Shown: one piece after another, positions 17,859-25,985 of the stretch
How positions within the stretch are numbered: the stretch's first letter is position 1
Layout of the letters: every line of letters begins with the position of its first letter
From: Planctomycetota bacterium
GTDB taxonomy: Bacteria > Planctomycetota > GCA-002687715 > DRQF01
Direction: 5' to 3'
Length of the DNA stretch: 36,451 nt
Assembly: GCA_036479435.1 (NCBI GenBank)
Contig: JAZGFI010000185.1
Span: forward strand, 1 to 36,451
Position numbers and translations under genes: made by a program
The notes under the pieces: model-generated
Database searches by the model: none
What the model was told of the DNA's origin: nothing
Seen by the model: the letters and a program-made list of their open reading frames with translations, nothing else

Positions 17859-19256
17859 GGCTTTGATCTTCGATTCGAGCTGCGATTTTTGTTCCGGATC
17901 CTTCGTCTGTGCCAGCGCGGTTTGAAGGAACTCGAGCGCGTCTTCTCTACGTTCGAGTTTGACTAGCAAATCGACTTTCTTAAGGGTCAGTCGCTGCCAG
18001 AGCGCCGGGTCTTTTCGAAGCTGCCCCATCTGCCCGTTGAGCAAAGACAAGGCCGCGTCGGCATCATCGGCGTCGGTGCTGATCTTGATGGCCAACCCGA
18101 GGGCTTCTTCGCGTTGGGGCCAGGGCTCTTGGTTGCTGAGCAGTTCCTTGAGCAAGGCGAGCGCCTCGTCGGGGGCCAAAGCTAGCGCAGCTCGCGCGGC
18201 CTCGAAAAGAATCGTGCGGCGCTCGCGGCATCTTGGATAATCAGCCGCAAATCCTCGCGCGACGTCGAGAGTCTCAAGAGCTTCCGAACTGCGATTTCGC
18301 CGCCGCTGAAGATCGAACATGCGGGTTTTTTTGGTGTTGCGATCGAGGCCGAGATCTCTCGCGTTGATGGCCCGAAGACTGCTAGTGAGTTGCTGGGCGA
18401 GCTTTTTGGATCCGAGGCGCTGAGCATAGAGCAGGGCGCGTTCGTAAAAACCCTCTTGCATGAGCAGCGCCATGATTTTTGACATGGCCGCGCGGCCCAA
18501 GTCGTGATCTGGATGATAAAACGCCAACCAGTCTTGTTGCGGCAAGCGTTCCACGGGCGGAATTTTGGAAAGTGCGGACAAGATCCCGGCGAGCAAAGTT
18601 GGTGCGCTCTTGTGCCGCGGCCAACGCCGAACGAATCGGTCGGCGTGACGCAGCGCGCGAGTTCCTGCTTTTCCAAATTTTGGCCGGAGGTCTGGCATCA
18701 AGCTTTGAACCTCGTGGACTAGAGGCGCAGCGGCCGTTTGAAGCTTCTTTATTTGCGAGGCGAGAGCCGTCTTGCGTTGCGAGGACTTGCTCGCCTTTTC
18801 GAGAGATTCGAGGATCGCAATCGCGGCGTGATAACCGCCCCATCTAGATTCGACATCCGCCACGGCTTCGAGGTGCCGATTCTTGATGAGGACGTTTGGG
18901 GCCGCGGCGGCAACGTCGTGATGGACTCTGATGACGCCCGCTAAGTCCCCAGCTGCCTGGTGAGCTTGCAATAAAAGATCCCAGGCGCGCGCTCCTTCCG
19001 GCAAATCAGAGTATTTGTCGACAAAACTCTGAATCCGGCCGGCGAGATCCAAGGCCGCGAAAGAGGGATCGGGAAGCTCTCGCCGACCCGTCTTTGGCGG
19101 CTTCTTGAGTTTGGCAGCGGCCTCATCAAGCTGGGCGATGAGCCGACGCGCCTCAAGGCGGCGTGCTTTCTCATCCCTTGATCCCTGTGCGAACGCGCCG
19201 CATACCAAGAGTGAAAGGACTGCCGCCGCGAGTAAAGAGGCGCGAATCGAATGCAT
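17832..19256 (-). CDS. Exported TPR-like alpha-helical protein
   Basis: Start MHSIRASLLAAAVLSLLVCGAFA (signal peptide, GGAG RBS), with repeated YfiO/TPR-like 'F...(Y/W)P' motifs. Its 3' end overlaps the CYTH gene by 27 bp. Confidence 0.7.
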   Translation of the reverse strand: MHSIRASLLAAAVLSLLVCGAFAQGSRDEKARRLEARRLIAQLDEAAAKLKKPPKTGRRELPDPSFAALDLAGRIQSFVDKYSDLPEGARAWDLLLQAHQAAGDLAGVIRVHHDVAAAAPNVLIKNRHLEAVADVESRWGGYHAAIAILESLEKASKSSQRKTALASQIKKLQTAAAPLVHEVQSLMPDLRPKFGKAGTRALRHADRFVRRWPRHKSAPTLLAGILSALSKIPPVERLPQQDWLAFYHPDHDLGRAAMSKIMALLMQEGFYERALLYAQRLGSKKLAQQLTSSLRAINARDLGLDRNTKKTRMFDLQRRRNRSSEALETLDVARGFAADYPRCRERRTILFEAARAALALAPDEALALLKELLSNQEPWPQREEALGLAIKISTDADDADAALSLLNGQMGQLRKDPALWQRLTLKKVDLLVKLERREDALEFLQTALAQTKDPEQKSQLESKIKALESEITGG

Positions 19257-19428
19257 GCAGGGACTCCAATTGCGAAGGCAGTCTTGAATTGATCGGTCCG
19301 AGATCCTAACAGAGGACGTCCTAGGTACACCGAGTCGCCGAAAGGTGGCCTTCAGTGCTTCAAGATCGCGTCGAGCTGTGTCATCATGCGCCGGTCGATT
19401 CCACGTTACGAGTAGATGGCATTTTTTG

Positions 19429-20712
19429 ATGGCCCAAACCACCGGATTAAGAGGACTCCGCCGCGCGATTGCGCTCATGCGCCGGCGTCCGAATTTGGAC
19501 GCGAAAGACCTCGTCCGGCTCACTGGCCAAGAATGCACCCGGTATTTGAATGGCTTGCAGAGATCCGGGGACAATGATCCTGATGCTGTGATCATCGAGC
19601 TAATCGGGTTCCACCAAGCCGTGCCGAGCCTTTTTGAGGATTTGGACGATCCCTATAGCCATTTGTCCGCCACCATTGATCTCGGGATGAAGTTTCTTGT
19701 GGACTTGCTGCTCGACGTCGCGGACGATCCGCGGTCGGCGATCAATCGCTATGCCGTCTTCGAAGAGCTCTTCGAAATCTGGACCCAGGACGGAAGTGGC
19801 ATGCTCGCGGGGCTGTCCGAAATGTTGTTGGACGCCCTGGCGAATCGAGCTGACGAGGGTGCGCTTTTTGAGATTGCTCGCCTTTACCTGCGCGACGCCC
19901 CTCTGGTTTTTCCGACACCGCAGGGTCGAAAGCTAGAGATCGAACGCAGCGTTCTCGAGGTTGAGCGCTACCGCGTCGAGAGGATGATCGGCGAGATTTT
20001 TGCGCGGCGGGGCAAATTCGAGTATTCGGTGTTCGCGGCCAAACGACATTGGAATCTCACTGACGATGCCTACGACTATGTCGCGTGCTTGGTGCGCGCA
20101 AACCTCAAGACCGAAGCGCTCGAAGTCGCGCGCCGCGCCCTTCACCTTCCTCATCTCGTGCGGCGCTCAGAACTCCAGAGCCTGTTCGATCACTTAGTCG
20201 ATGCTGCCCCTAAGGCCGGAGAGAGACTCGAACTCGAAAAACAGGACTTCCTAGACGCGCCGAGCGTTGAGAGTTTTCGCGCCCTGAAGGCCAAATGCCC
20301 GGCCGCTTCGTGGCGGGCCATGGCCGAAGGCCTTCTCGGTGAGTTGCAGCGATCGCAAAGTTGGCCGGGCTTGGTGTTTCAACTCTACCTCGAAGAAGAC
20401 ATGGTGACGGATGCCGATGGAGTGGTCGTAACCCAACCCGTCGATCCCCACGTCCTTGCTGCCGCGTCGCAGCGCGTCATGGCAACGCACCCCGACCGGG
20501 CGGCGGGTTGGCTGTTGATCGCGTCCCATTCCTTGTTGCGAGAGCCTCGACTTGAGCACTACCGGCAGGCCGCGATTTGGCTCGACGCCGTTCGCCGCGC
20601 GAGTGCCCAAAACGGCCAGCTTGCGTCGTTCACGCGCTCTCTGGACGCTATCAGAGATCGCTATCGAGGCCGTCCGCGCTTCATGAGAATCCTCGAAGAG
20701 TATGGCCTCTAA
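19429..20712 (+). CDS. Hypothetical alpha-helical protein
   Basis: Long ORF with normal codon use. The C-terminus (IRDRYRGRPRFMRILEEYGL) resembles the tails of bacterial SWIM-associated helical proteins, but no SWIM motif is visible. Start uncertain. Confidence 0.65.
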   Translation: MAQTTGLRGLRRAIALMRRRPNLDAKDLVRLTGQECTRYLNGLQRSGDNDPDAVIIELIGFHQAVPSLFEDLDDPYSHLSATIDLGMKFLVDLLLDVADDPRSAINRYAVFEELFEIWTQDGSGMLAGLSEMLLDALANRADEGALFEIARLYLRDAPLVFPTPQGRKLEIERSVLEVERYRVERMIGEIFARRGKFEYSVFAAKRHWNLTDDAYDYVACLVRANLKTEALEVARRALHLPHLVRRSELQSLFDHLVDAAPKAGERLELEKQDFLDAPSVESFRALKAKCPAASWRAMAEGLLGELQRSQSWPGLVFQLYLEEDMVTDADGVVVTQPVDPHVLAAASQRVMATHPDRAAGWLLIASHSLLREPRLEHYRQAAIWLDAVRRASAQNGQLASFTRSLDAIRDRYRGRPRFMRILEEYGL

Positions 20713-20742
20713 AGTCGAACTGCCATAGTTGAGGTCTTGGAC

Positions 20743-21042
20743 TCAGATCAGCAGGCGTGAAAGTTCCGCGCGATCATCTTGTTCCGCCGCGCGGTTCCAC
20801 TTTTCATGACCACAGCCGTCGCAACGGTGCAGGATTACGAAGCCCCGCTTTCCGTCGCGGCGAACTTGCACCGCAGGCATGGGCCAATCGCATTCGGCGG
20901 CGCGATCACCGGGATTGATGTCGACATGCAGGCTTGTCAAACAGGCGGGGCAGTGATTGGTATAACCGTCACCGCGCACCTCCTCGCGGCAGTGAACACA
21001 AAAAAAGTTCTCGATGACCCGCCGGAAGCGTTTTTCTTCCAC
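20743..21042 (-). CDS. RNHCP-domain zinc-binding protein
   Basis: Pattern FFCVHC...YTNHCPACLTSLHVD..PGDRAAEC...HRCDGCG. Confidence 0.85.
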   Translation of the reverse strand: MEEKRFRRVIENFFCVHCREEVRGDGYTNHCPACLTSLHVDINPGDRAAECDWPMPAVQVRRDGKRGFVILHRCDGCGHEKWNRAAEQDDRAELSRLLI

Positions 21043-21127
21043 AAAAGATTTCCTTCGGGGGACCTTTGCGAGGGGGAATTCCCGCCGCCGTACTTTTCAT
21101 GACGGTCGGCGCTGATACGATTTATTC

Positions 21128-21874
21128 ATGTCCGACGGCGAAGCCAAGCATTCCACACTGTATCACCTGAGGCAAAGCGTCGAAGAAAGAGCCTATCTCT
21201 TTTTGGTCACGACTTTCGCGACCCTGCTGGTACTGACGAATGTCATTGGCGCGAAGCTCTTTGTTGACCCCTTCTTCGGCCAGACATTGACCACCGGCAT
21301 CATCACCTATCCTTTGACCTTTCTCATCACCGACGTCGTCTCGGAAATCTACGGGAAACACCGTGCCGACCGCATGGTCATCATTGGTTTTGTGATGAGC
21401 CTTCTCATGCTGGCGGTCGTCCAAATATCGATTTCCGTCCCCGCGTCGCCTTTTTGGACCTCGCAGTACGTTCCCGAGTTCGACAACGCAACCTTGATGC
21501 AGAAGGGCTGGCTCGCGAGTTTTGGCGTCGGCAAATGGTTGGTGTGTGGCTCCATGTGTGCCTATCTCGCCGCTCAATTGTGTGACAACTACCTTTTTCA
21601 TTTTTGGCGACGGCTCACCAAAGGGCGGCATTTGTGGTTGCGAAACAACCTTTCGACCCCCGTGTCGCAGCTTGTGGACACCTTCATTGTGGGTTGTTTT
21701 TTGTTTTATGGGGCCTTTGGCTGGGGGTTTTGGGCCGGAGTTGAGGTGATGCTGGTCATCTACCTCTTCAAACTGGCGATTGCATTGCTCGATACTCCGC
21801 TTTGCTACCTCGGCGTTTGGGCGCTCCGGCGCCACCTGAATTTGGCAGGAGATCTTCAGGGTCCTCCTGACTGA
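21128..21874 (+). CDS. yhhQ: Queuosine precursor transporter (YhhQ/Vut_1)
   Basis: Motifs YPLTFLITDVVSEIYG, AYLAAQLCD, HLWLRNNLST, SQLVDT and KLAIALLDTP; multi-TM. Confidence 0.9.
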   Translation: MSDGEAKHSTLYHLRQSVEERAYLFLVTTFATLLVLTNVIGAKLFVDPFFGQTLTTGIITYPLTFLITDVVSEIYGKHRADRMVIIGFVMSLLMLAVVQISISVPASPFWTSQYVPEFDNATLMQKGWLASFGVGKWLVCGSMCAYLAAQLCDNYLFHFWRRLTKGRHLWLRNNLSTPVSQLVDTFIVGCFLFYGAFGWGFWAGVEVMLVIYLFKLAIALLDTPLCYLGVWALRRHLNLAGDLQGPPD

Positions 21875-21895
21875 CGGGTGATCTCGCGCTATAAT
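21867..21895 (+). promoter_or_regulatory. Sigma70-type promoter for the FHA gene
   Basis: CTGACT-N17-TATAAT. Confidence 0.55.
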
Positions 21896-21982
21896 CTCAG
21901 CACGCTCAGGAGGCGCGTTCGCCGGGTTGCTTCGAATTTAGGGGGCCTAGATGAACGTGGCGAGAAAAGGAAAACAGAGGCC

Positions 21983-23728
21983 ATGGCCAGTCTGGTTTTG
22001 AGTATTCAGGAACCCGGTCGCGACATTCGCAAGGTCGACGTACGGGTTGGCTTGCGAATTGGTCGGCACCCGGACAACGACTGCGTTTTGCACGATGGCA
22101 AAACCTCGGCCTGGCACGCCGAAGTCGTCGACGACGGTTCGGGCGGCTTCGTTATTCGTGATCTCGGTTCGTCGAACGGCACCAAGATTCTCGGTGGCCC
22201 TGAGCTTGGAGGACAACAAGTTTATCCGCTCGTCGTTGGCACTTCGATCGTGATCGGCCGCTGTAACATCGATGTCGCCGTCGCCGCACCCATCGCCGCC
22301 ACGACGATCATGCCCGCCATGAATTTGGACGCCGAGCCCAGTGCGAAGGCCTCTCCCTCGTCGGAATCCAAGACCACGGGACGGCCCATTCCGAAGACTT
22401 CTGACGAATCGGCGACGGATTCTCAGGCCGCGGTTGACCCCGACGGTGAAAGCCCGGTGGCGCCCGGGGACCAAGACAAAACGGATAGCCAGGCGATCGT
22501 TGGCCCAGATCCCAACGACGTTACCCGACTGGCGACTCCCGCGATGGCGGACCCGCTTGCCGCGCAGACTCAGGCGAGCGCGCCCGCGATGCCAGATCCC
22601 AAGGCCGAGGACAAAACGCCGGAGGAAGAACCGCCAGCCGCGAACAAGACGCGGGTGATGGCCGCCATCGACATTCTGGCCGAGGCGAACGACGCCGCAC
22701 GGGCAGGGCTTGATGGCGATGATGACGCCCCGCCTGCCGATAGCGCGACCCCCTCCGAGGAGGAGGATGCCGCGACCAAAAAGCGCAACGCTGCACGCGC
22801 GGCCGCCATCAAAAAGGCGGCGGCCAAGAAAAAAGCCGCGTCCGAATCTGGTGCCGATAAGGCACCGGCAGCCAAGAAAAAGCCAGCGGCCGAATCCGGT
22901 GCCGACGGGGCCGCGGGCGACGCCGCGGCCAAGAAGGCGGCAGCTAAAAAAGCCGCTGTGAAAAAGGCGGCCGCCAAGAAAGCCGCAGCGAAGAAGGTCG
23001 CGGCGGCTGAAGAATCTGAAGAAGAGAAGGCGCCGCCGAAGCTCTACAACGCAACGGTTGCCATTTCGGCAGCCAAGCTCATGGGACGGCCAGAAGACAT
23101 CGCCGCAATACGCCCGCGAATTATCCTCGACAACTACGGCAAGACGGAAGTTCTTGAAGTGCTGTCGGGAGACTTCACGATCGGTCGCAAGACGGCCGAT
23201 CGCTCCGACACTTATGGGGTGATCGACAGTCCTTCGGTTTCGACCCGTCATGCGCGCATTCGTTTCATGGAAGGGCGTTTCTTCATCGAGGACTGCGGCA
23301 GCAAAAACGGTACTTTGCTCGACGGCAAGCCTATGGCCCTGATGAATTTCAAAGAGCTACAGCCTGATACGCCGCTCGTCTTTGGCAACGTGAAGGGGCT
23401 TTATGTCTCGGACCTCATGGCCGACGGTAGCCCTGTCAACCCGAACCGTTACGCCGCCGCCGCGGAGGCGCTTGAACGGCGAGGATTCTTGACTAAATCC
23501 GAACGCGAACAAGCAGCCAAGCGAGGATCGGCGGAGAACCGTCACATCGGAGAAGTCCTGATCCTCGACCGCAAGATCGGCATCGAGCAATGGGCGCAAG
23601 CGGTGAGTGGCGGTCAAATCGCGCGCGACGTAAAGTCGGCAAGTCGGGCTGCAAAATCGAGGCTCCTTATCATCGGTGGCATCATCATCATCCTGGGCTG
23701 CGTCTTGGCCTGGTTTTTGATGAAGTAA
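21983..23728 (+). CDS. Double-FHA protein with disordered linker, MshEN-like segment and C-terminal TM
   Basis: FHA1 is IGRHPDND..SAWHA..DLGSSNGT and FHA2 is IGRK..STRHA..DCGSKNGT. The linker is acidic/Pro and AAKK-rich, and the C-terminus is hydrophobic. Start ATG 21983 with GAGG. Confidence 0.88.
   Translation: MASLVLSIQEPGRDIRKVDVRVGLRIGRHPDNDCVLHDGKTSAWHAEVVDDGSGGFVIRDLGSSNGTKILGGPELGGQQVYPLVVGTSIVIGRCNIDVAVAAPIAATTIMPAMNLDAEPSAKASPSSESKTTGRPIPKTSDESATDSQAAVDPDGESPVAPGDQDKTDSQAIVGPDPNDVTRLATPAMADPLAAQTQASAPAMPDPKAEDKTPEEEPPAANKTRVMAAIDILAEANDAARAGLDGDDDAPPADSATPSEEEDAATKKRNAARAAAIKKAAAKKKAASESGADKAPAAKKKPAAESGADGAAGDAAAKKAAAKKAAVKKAAAKKAAAKKVAAAEESEEEKAPPKLYNATVAISAAKLMGRPEDIAAIRPRIILDNYGKTEVLEVLSGDFTIGRKTADRSDTYGVIDSPSVSTRHARIRFMEGRFFIEDCGSKNGTLLDGKPMALMNFKELQPDTPLVFGNVKGLYVSDLMADGSPVNPNRYAAAAEALERRGFLTKSEREQAAKRGSAENRHIGEVLILDRKIGIEQWAQAVSGGQIARDVKSASRAAKSRLLIIGGIIIILGCVLAWFLMK
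22777..23010 (+). repeat. Low-complexity (A)AKKA coding repeats
   Basis: KKAAAKKAAVKKAAAKKAAAKK plus a duplicated AAKKK-x-A-x-ESGAD unit. Confidence 0.8.
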
Positions 23729-23747
23729 TCCGGAGTTCCAAGTCCAG

Positions 23748-23787
23748 AAAAAGGCCCTTCGTGACCACGGTCACGAAGGGCCTTTTT
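23748..23787. terminator. Bidirectional intrinsic terminator
   Basis: Perfect 19-bp inverted repeat AAAAAGGCCCTTCGTGACC-ac-GGTCACGAAGGGCCTTTTT between convergent genes. Confidence 0.92.
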
Positions 23788-23807
23788 AGCTTGGCCGATG
23801 GCTTGGA

Positions 23808-25715
23808 TTAGTTGCCGTCGCCGCCCGGCCCGGGAAGCTGTGGAAACTTGAAGTAGGGGATCGTAACGCCACCGAAACTGAAGTTGTCGACGCGAATGTT
23901 CGAAGGCGGTTCGAAGCCGCGAAAGCCGCCGTTGGTCACGAAGTCATCCTGCTCAACACCGTCTCCAGAAATCCCCAAACCCCCTACGAGTTGGCCGTTT
24001 TTGTAGAGAGGTGTTGCGCCGGGAAAAAAGATGATGCCGCTTTGCATCCCCGGGCTTGCCAGCGCGTTGCCCATGCTCATGAACGTGCTCGGAACGGCGT
24101 TTTGAGCCGCCAAATCGAACAATGGACCCGGCGCAAAACTCGAGCTGTCGATGCCCGGCGGGTAAAAAGGCTGCGTCAAAAACGCCAAGCTTCGGGTGGT
24201 AATCGCGACCCCGTTCTCTCCGGGGCTTCCCGCAATGCCGGTCGGGATTCCCGCACCATTTAAGAGTGCTACATCAGCGGGCTGAATGTTCGGGATCTGA
24301 CCGGGAGCGCTGCTGTAGTAGGTGACGCAGCGCGCCTTCGCGAGTGAAACGTCGTAGGAGAAAATTGGCGCGTCTTCCATCCGGTGAGCGGCGAGAATAA
24401 GGCCACGCAAGTTTGAAACGGCGATGACCATTTTCGTCGCGCTTCCGATTGGCAAGCGGATTGCCGCCCGCGTGCCGTCGCTGAAGTCGATCGATTGATC
24501 AACGATTTGTTGGACTTCGGCCTGGGTGAGGCCGTTGACGTTGAGGAAGGGATCGCCAGCCAAAAGGTTGCGATCTGGATCTTCCCGCGCCGCGATGATC
24601 GCTCCAAAAGGTTGCGTCATCCCTGCCATGGGAGCAATGACAGTACGGGCGGTGATGCCGTCGTCACTGAACATTCCAGGACTCAAGTTCGCGGGCCGCG
24701 TGATCTGTTCGACATAGGGCAAGAGCACGCCAACCAGAAAAATGCGGCCCACGGGTGGGACGATTGAGAGCGGGAACAAAAAGTCCAAGTCCGTCATCGG
24801 ATCGCCGGCAAGGTCAGCGGCCGCGACGCCGAAATTGCCCGCCTCAGAGTTGGGGCCGCGCAGCGCCTCGATCGCAGTGAACTCCATTGCGGGCACATCG
24901 GGGTTGCCCATGGCGTCGGTGATGTAGACCCCGATACCTCCGACGACGCGTCCAGCAAAATCGAAGGGGCCTCCGGTAAGATCGCCGAGTTTATAGGCCG
25001 AAACGCCACCCGGTAGATACGAAAGACCTGGACCGGAGCGCGTGGGGTCGGCGACGCCATTGATGTCGATGCGGGTCGCCGGGGGAATGCGCTGCGAGGC
25101 GACAGAAAATTGCGTTGGCGGCACCGTTTGCGCTCCGACGTCGTCGAGGTCAGTGCCGGCATAGGGCGCGCCGCGATTTGACGAAAATATCTGCCACAAA
25201 GGACCTTGCGCCGTTCCGGCGATGCCGGAAGTTTCGCGCTGTGATGCCAATGTCGCATCCAAGGCGAACGCGGTGCTCGGGATCGGGTTGCGCGTCGGCG
25301 CGCCGAAGGTGGCTGGAAAATGGAAGGTGCTGATGAACTCAAGCGTGCGCGTGGTAATCGGCCCTTGGCTCGAACTCATGAAGGCCCCGGTGCGCGCCAT
25401 CGAAACCGCGATGTTTAGATGGTCTTCGGTCGCCACGCTCATGTCGGTGCGCCGCGTCCAAAGGGCGAGCACACGACCGACTCGGTCGACGATGGCGACG
25501 CTCATGTTTTGCCGGTCGGAGGCTTCCGCAGCACGTCGGAGAATAATGTCGACCTCTTGCATGGTCATGGGCACGACCGGAGCAAAACTAGGCAATGAGA
25601 TGTTGTCTCCGCTGCCGACGCCGCCACCACAGGTTGTCACCACCGGCAACAAAGCTGCGACGAAAGCCAATACTAAGACCCGATAGCCCGCCGTTGATCG
25701 CGCCATCTTCGTCAT
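23808..25715 (-). CDS. Lipoprotein with two GlcG/HbpS-like (haem-binding family) domains
   Basis: Signal peptide with lipobox-like VTTC-GGG. Domain 1: VAIVDRVGRVL..AVSMARTG..PGGV..VVGGIGV. Domain 2: IAVSNLRG..RMEDA..SLAKAR..PGATPLYKNGQLVGGLGISG..QDD. Confidence 0.82.
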   Translation of the reverse strand: MTKMARSTAGYRVLVLAFVAALLPVVTTCGGGVGSGDNISLPSFAPVVPMTMQEVDIILRRAAEASDRQNMSVAIVDRVGRVLALWTRRTDMSVATEDHLNIAVSMARTGAFMSSSQGPITTRTLEFISTFHFPATFGAPTRNPIPSTAFALDATLASQRETSGIAGTAQGPLWQIFSSNRGAPYAGTDLDDVGAQTVPPTQFSVASQRIPPATRIDINGVADPTRSGPGLSYLPGGVSAYKLGDLTGGPFDFAGRVVGGIGVYITDAMGNPDVPAMEFTAIEALRGPNSEAGNFGVAAADLAGDPMTDLDFLFPLSIVPPVGRIFLVGVLLPYVEQITRPANLSPGMFSDDGITARTVIAPMAGMTQPFGAIIAAREDPDRNLLAGDPFLNVNGLTQAEVQQIVDQSIDFSDGTRAAIRLPIGSATKMVIAVSNLRGLILAAHRMEDAPIFSYDVSLAKARCVTYYSSAPGQIPNIQPADVALLNGAGIPTGIAGSPGENGVAITTRSLAFLTQPFYPPGIDSSSFAPGPLFDLAAQNAVPSTFMSMGNALASPGMQSGIIFFPGATPLYKNGQLVGGLGISGDGVEQDDFVTNGGFRGFEPPSNIRVDNFSFGGVTIPYFKFPQLPGPGGDGN

Positions 25716-25985
25716 GAGTCGTTCCCTTTTTCAAACTCGCCACTAAAAAACAGCGTGGCTAATTCCTTCATCGCGCCCCAACATTCAGAGCGTGAGGCCC
25801 GTAATCTGGGCCCCTATCTACCCTCTGAAGATAAAGGAGGGTTGCGATTGGCGGAAGAGGGTTCATCAAAATTTGAGAGGAGGGCTTGACCGAAGTGCCG
25901 GATTGTGGGCAAATCGCCACAGGCCAACCGGGCGATCCCGTCAGGTGTTGTGCTAATTGACAATTAGGGTCCGAGGGAGAAAGCA

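Noticed and set aside
21043..21127. preQ1 riboswitch upstream of yhhQ
   Set aside because: Two weak hairpins exist, but I see no preQ1 consensus or A-rich tail, and the gene looks leaderless.
22777..23010. CRISPR or non-coding tandem repeat
   Set aside because: These are degenerate coding repeats (AAKK) without a repeat-spacer structure. No CRISPR array, tRNA or rRNA was recognised anywhere in the window.
25904..25921. CRP/FNR site
   Set aside because: The half-sites are TGTGG/CCACA with an 8-nt spacer, not TGTGA-N6-TCACA or TTGAT-N4-ATCAA.
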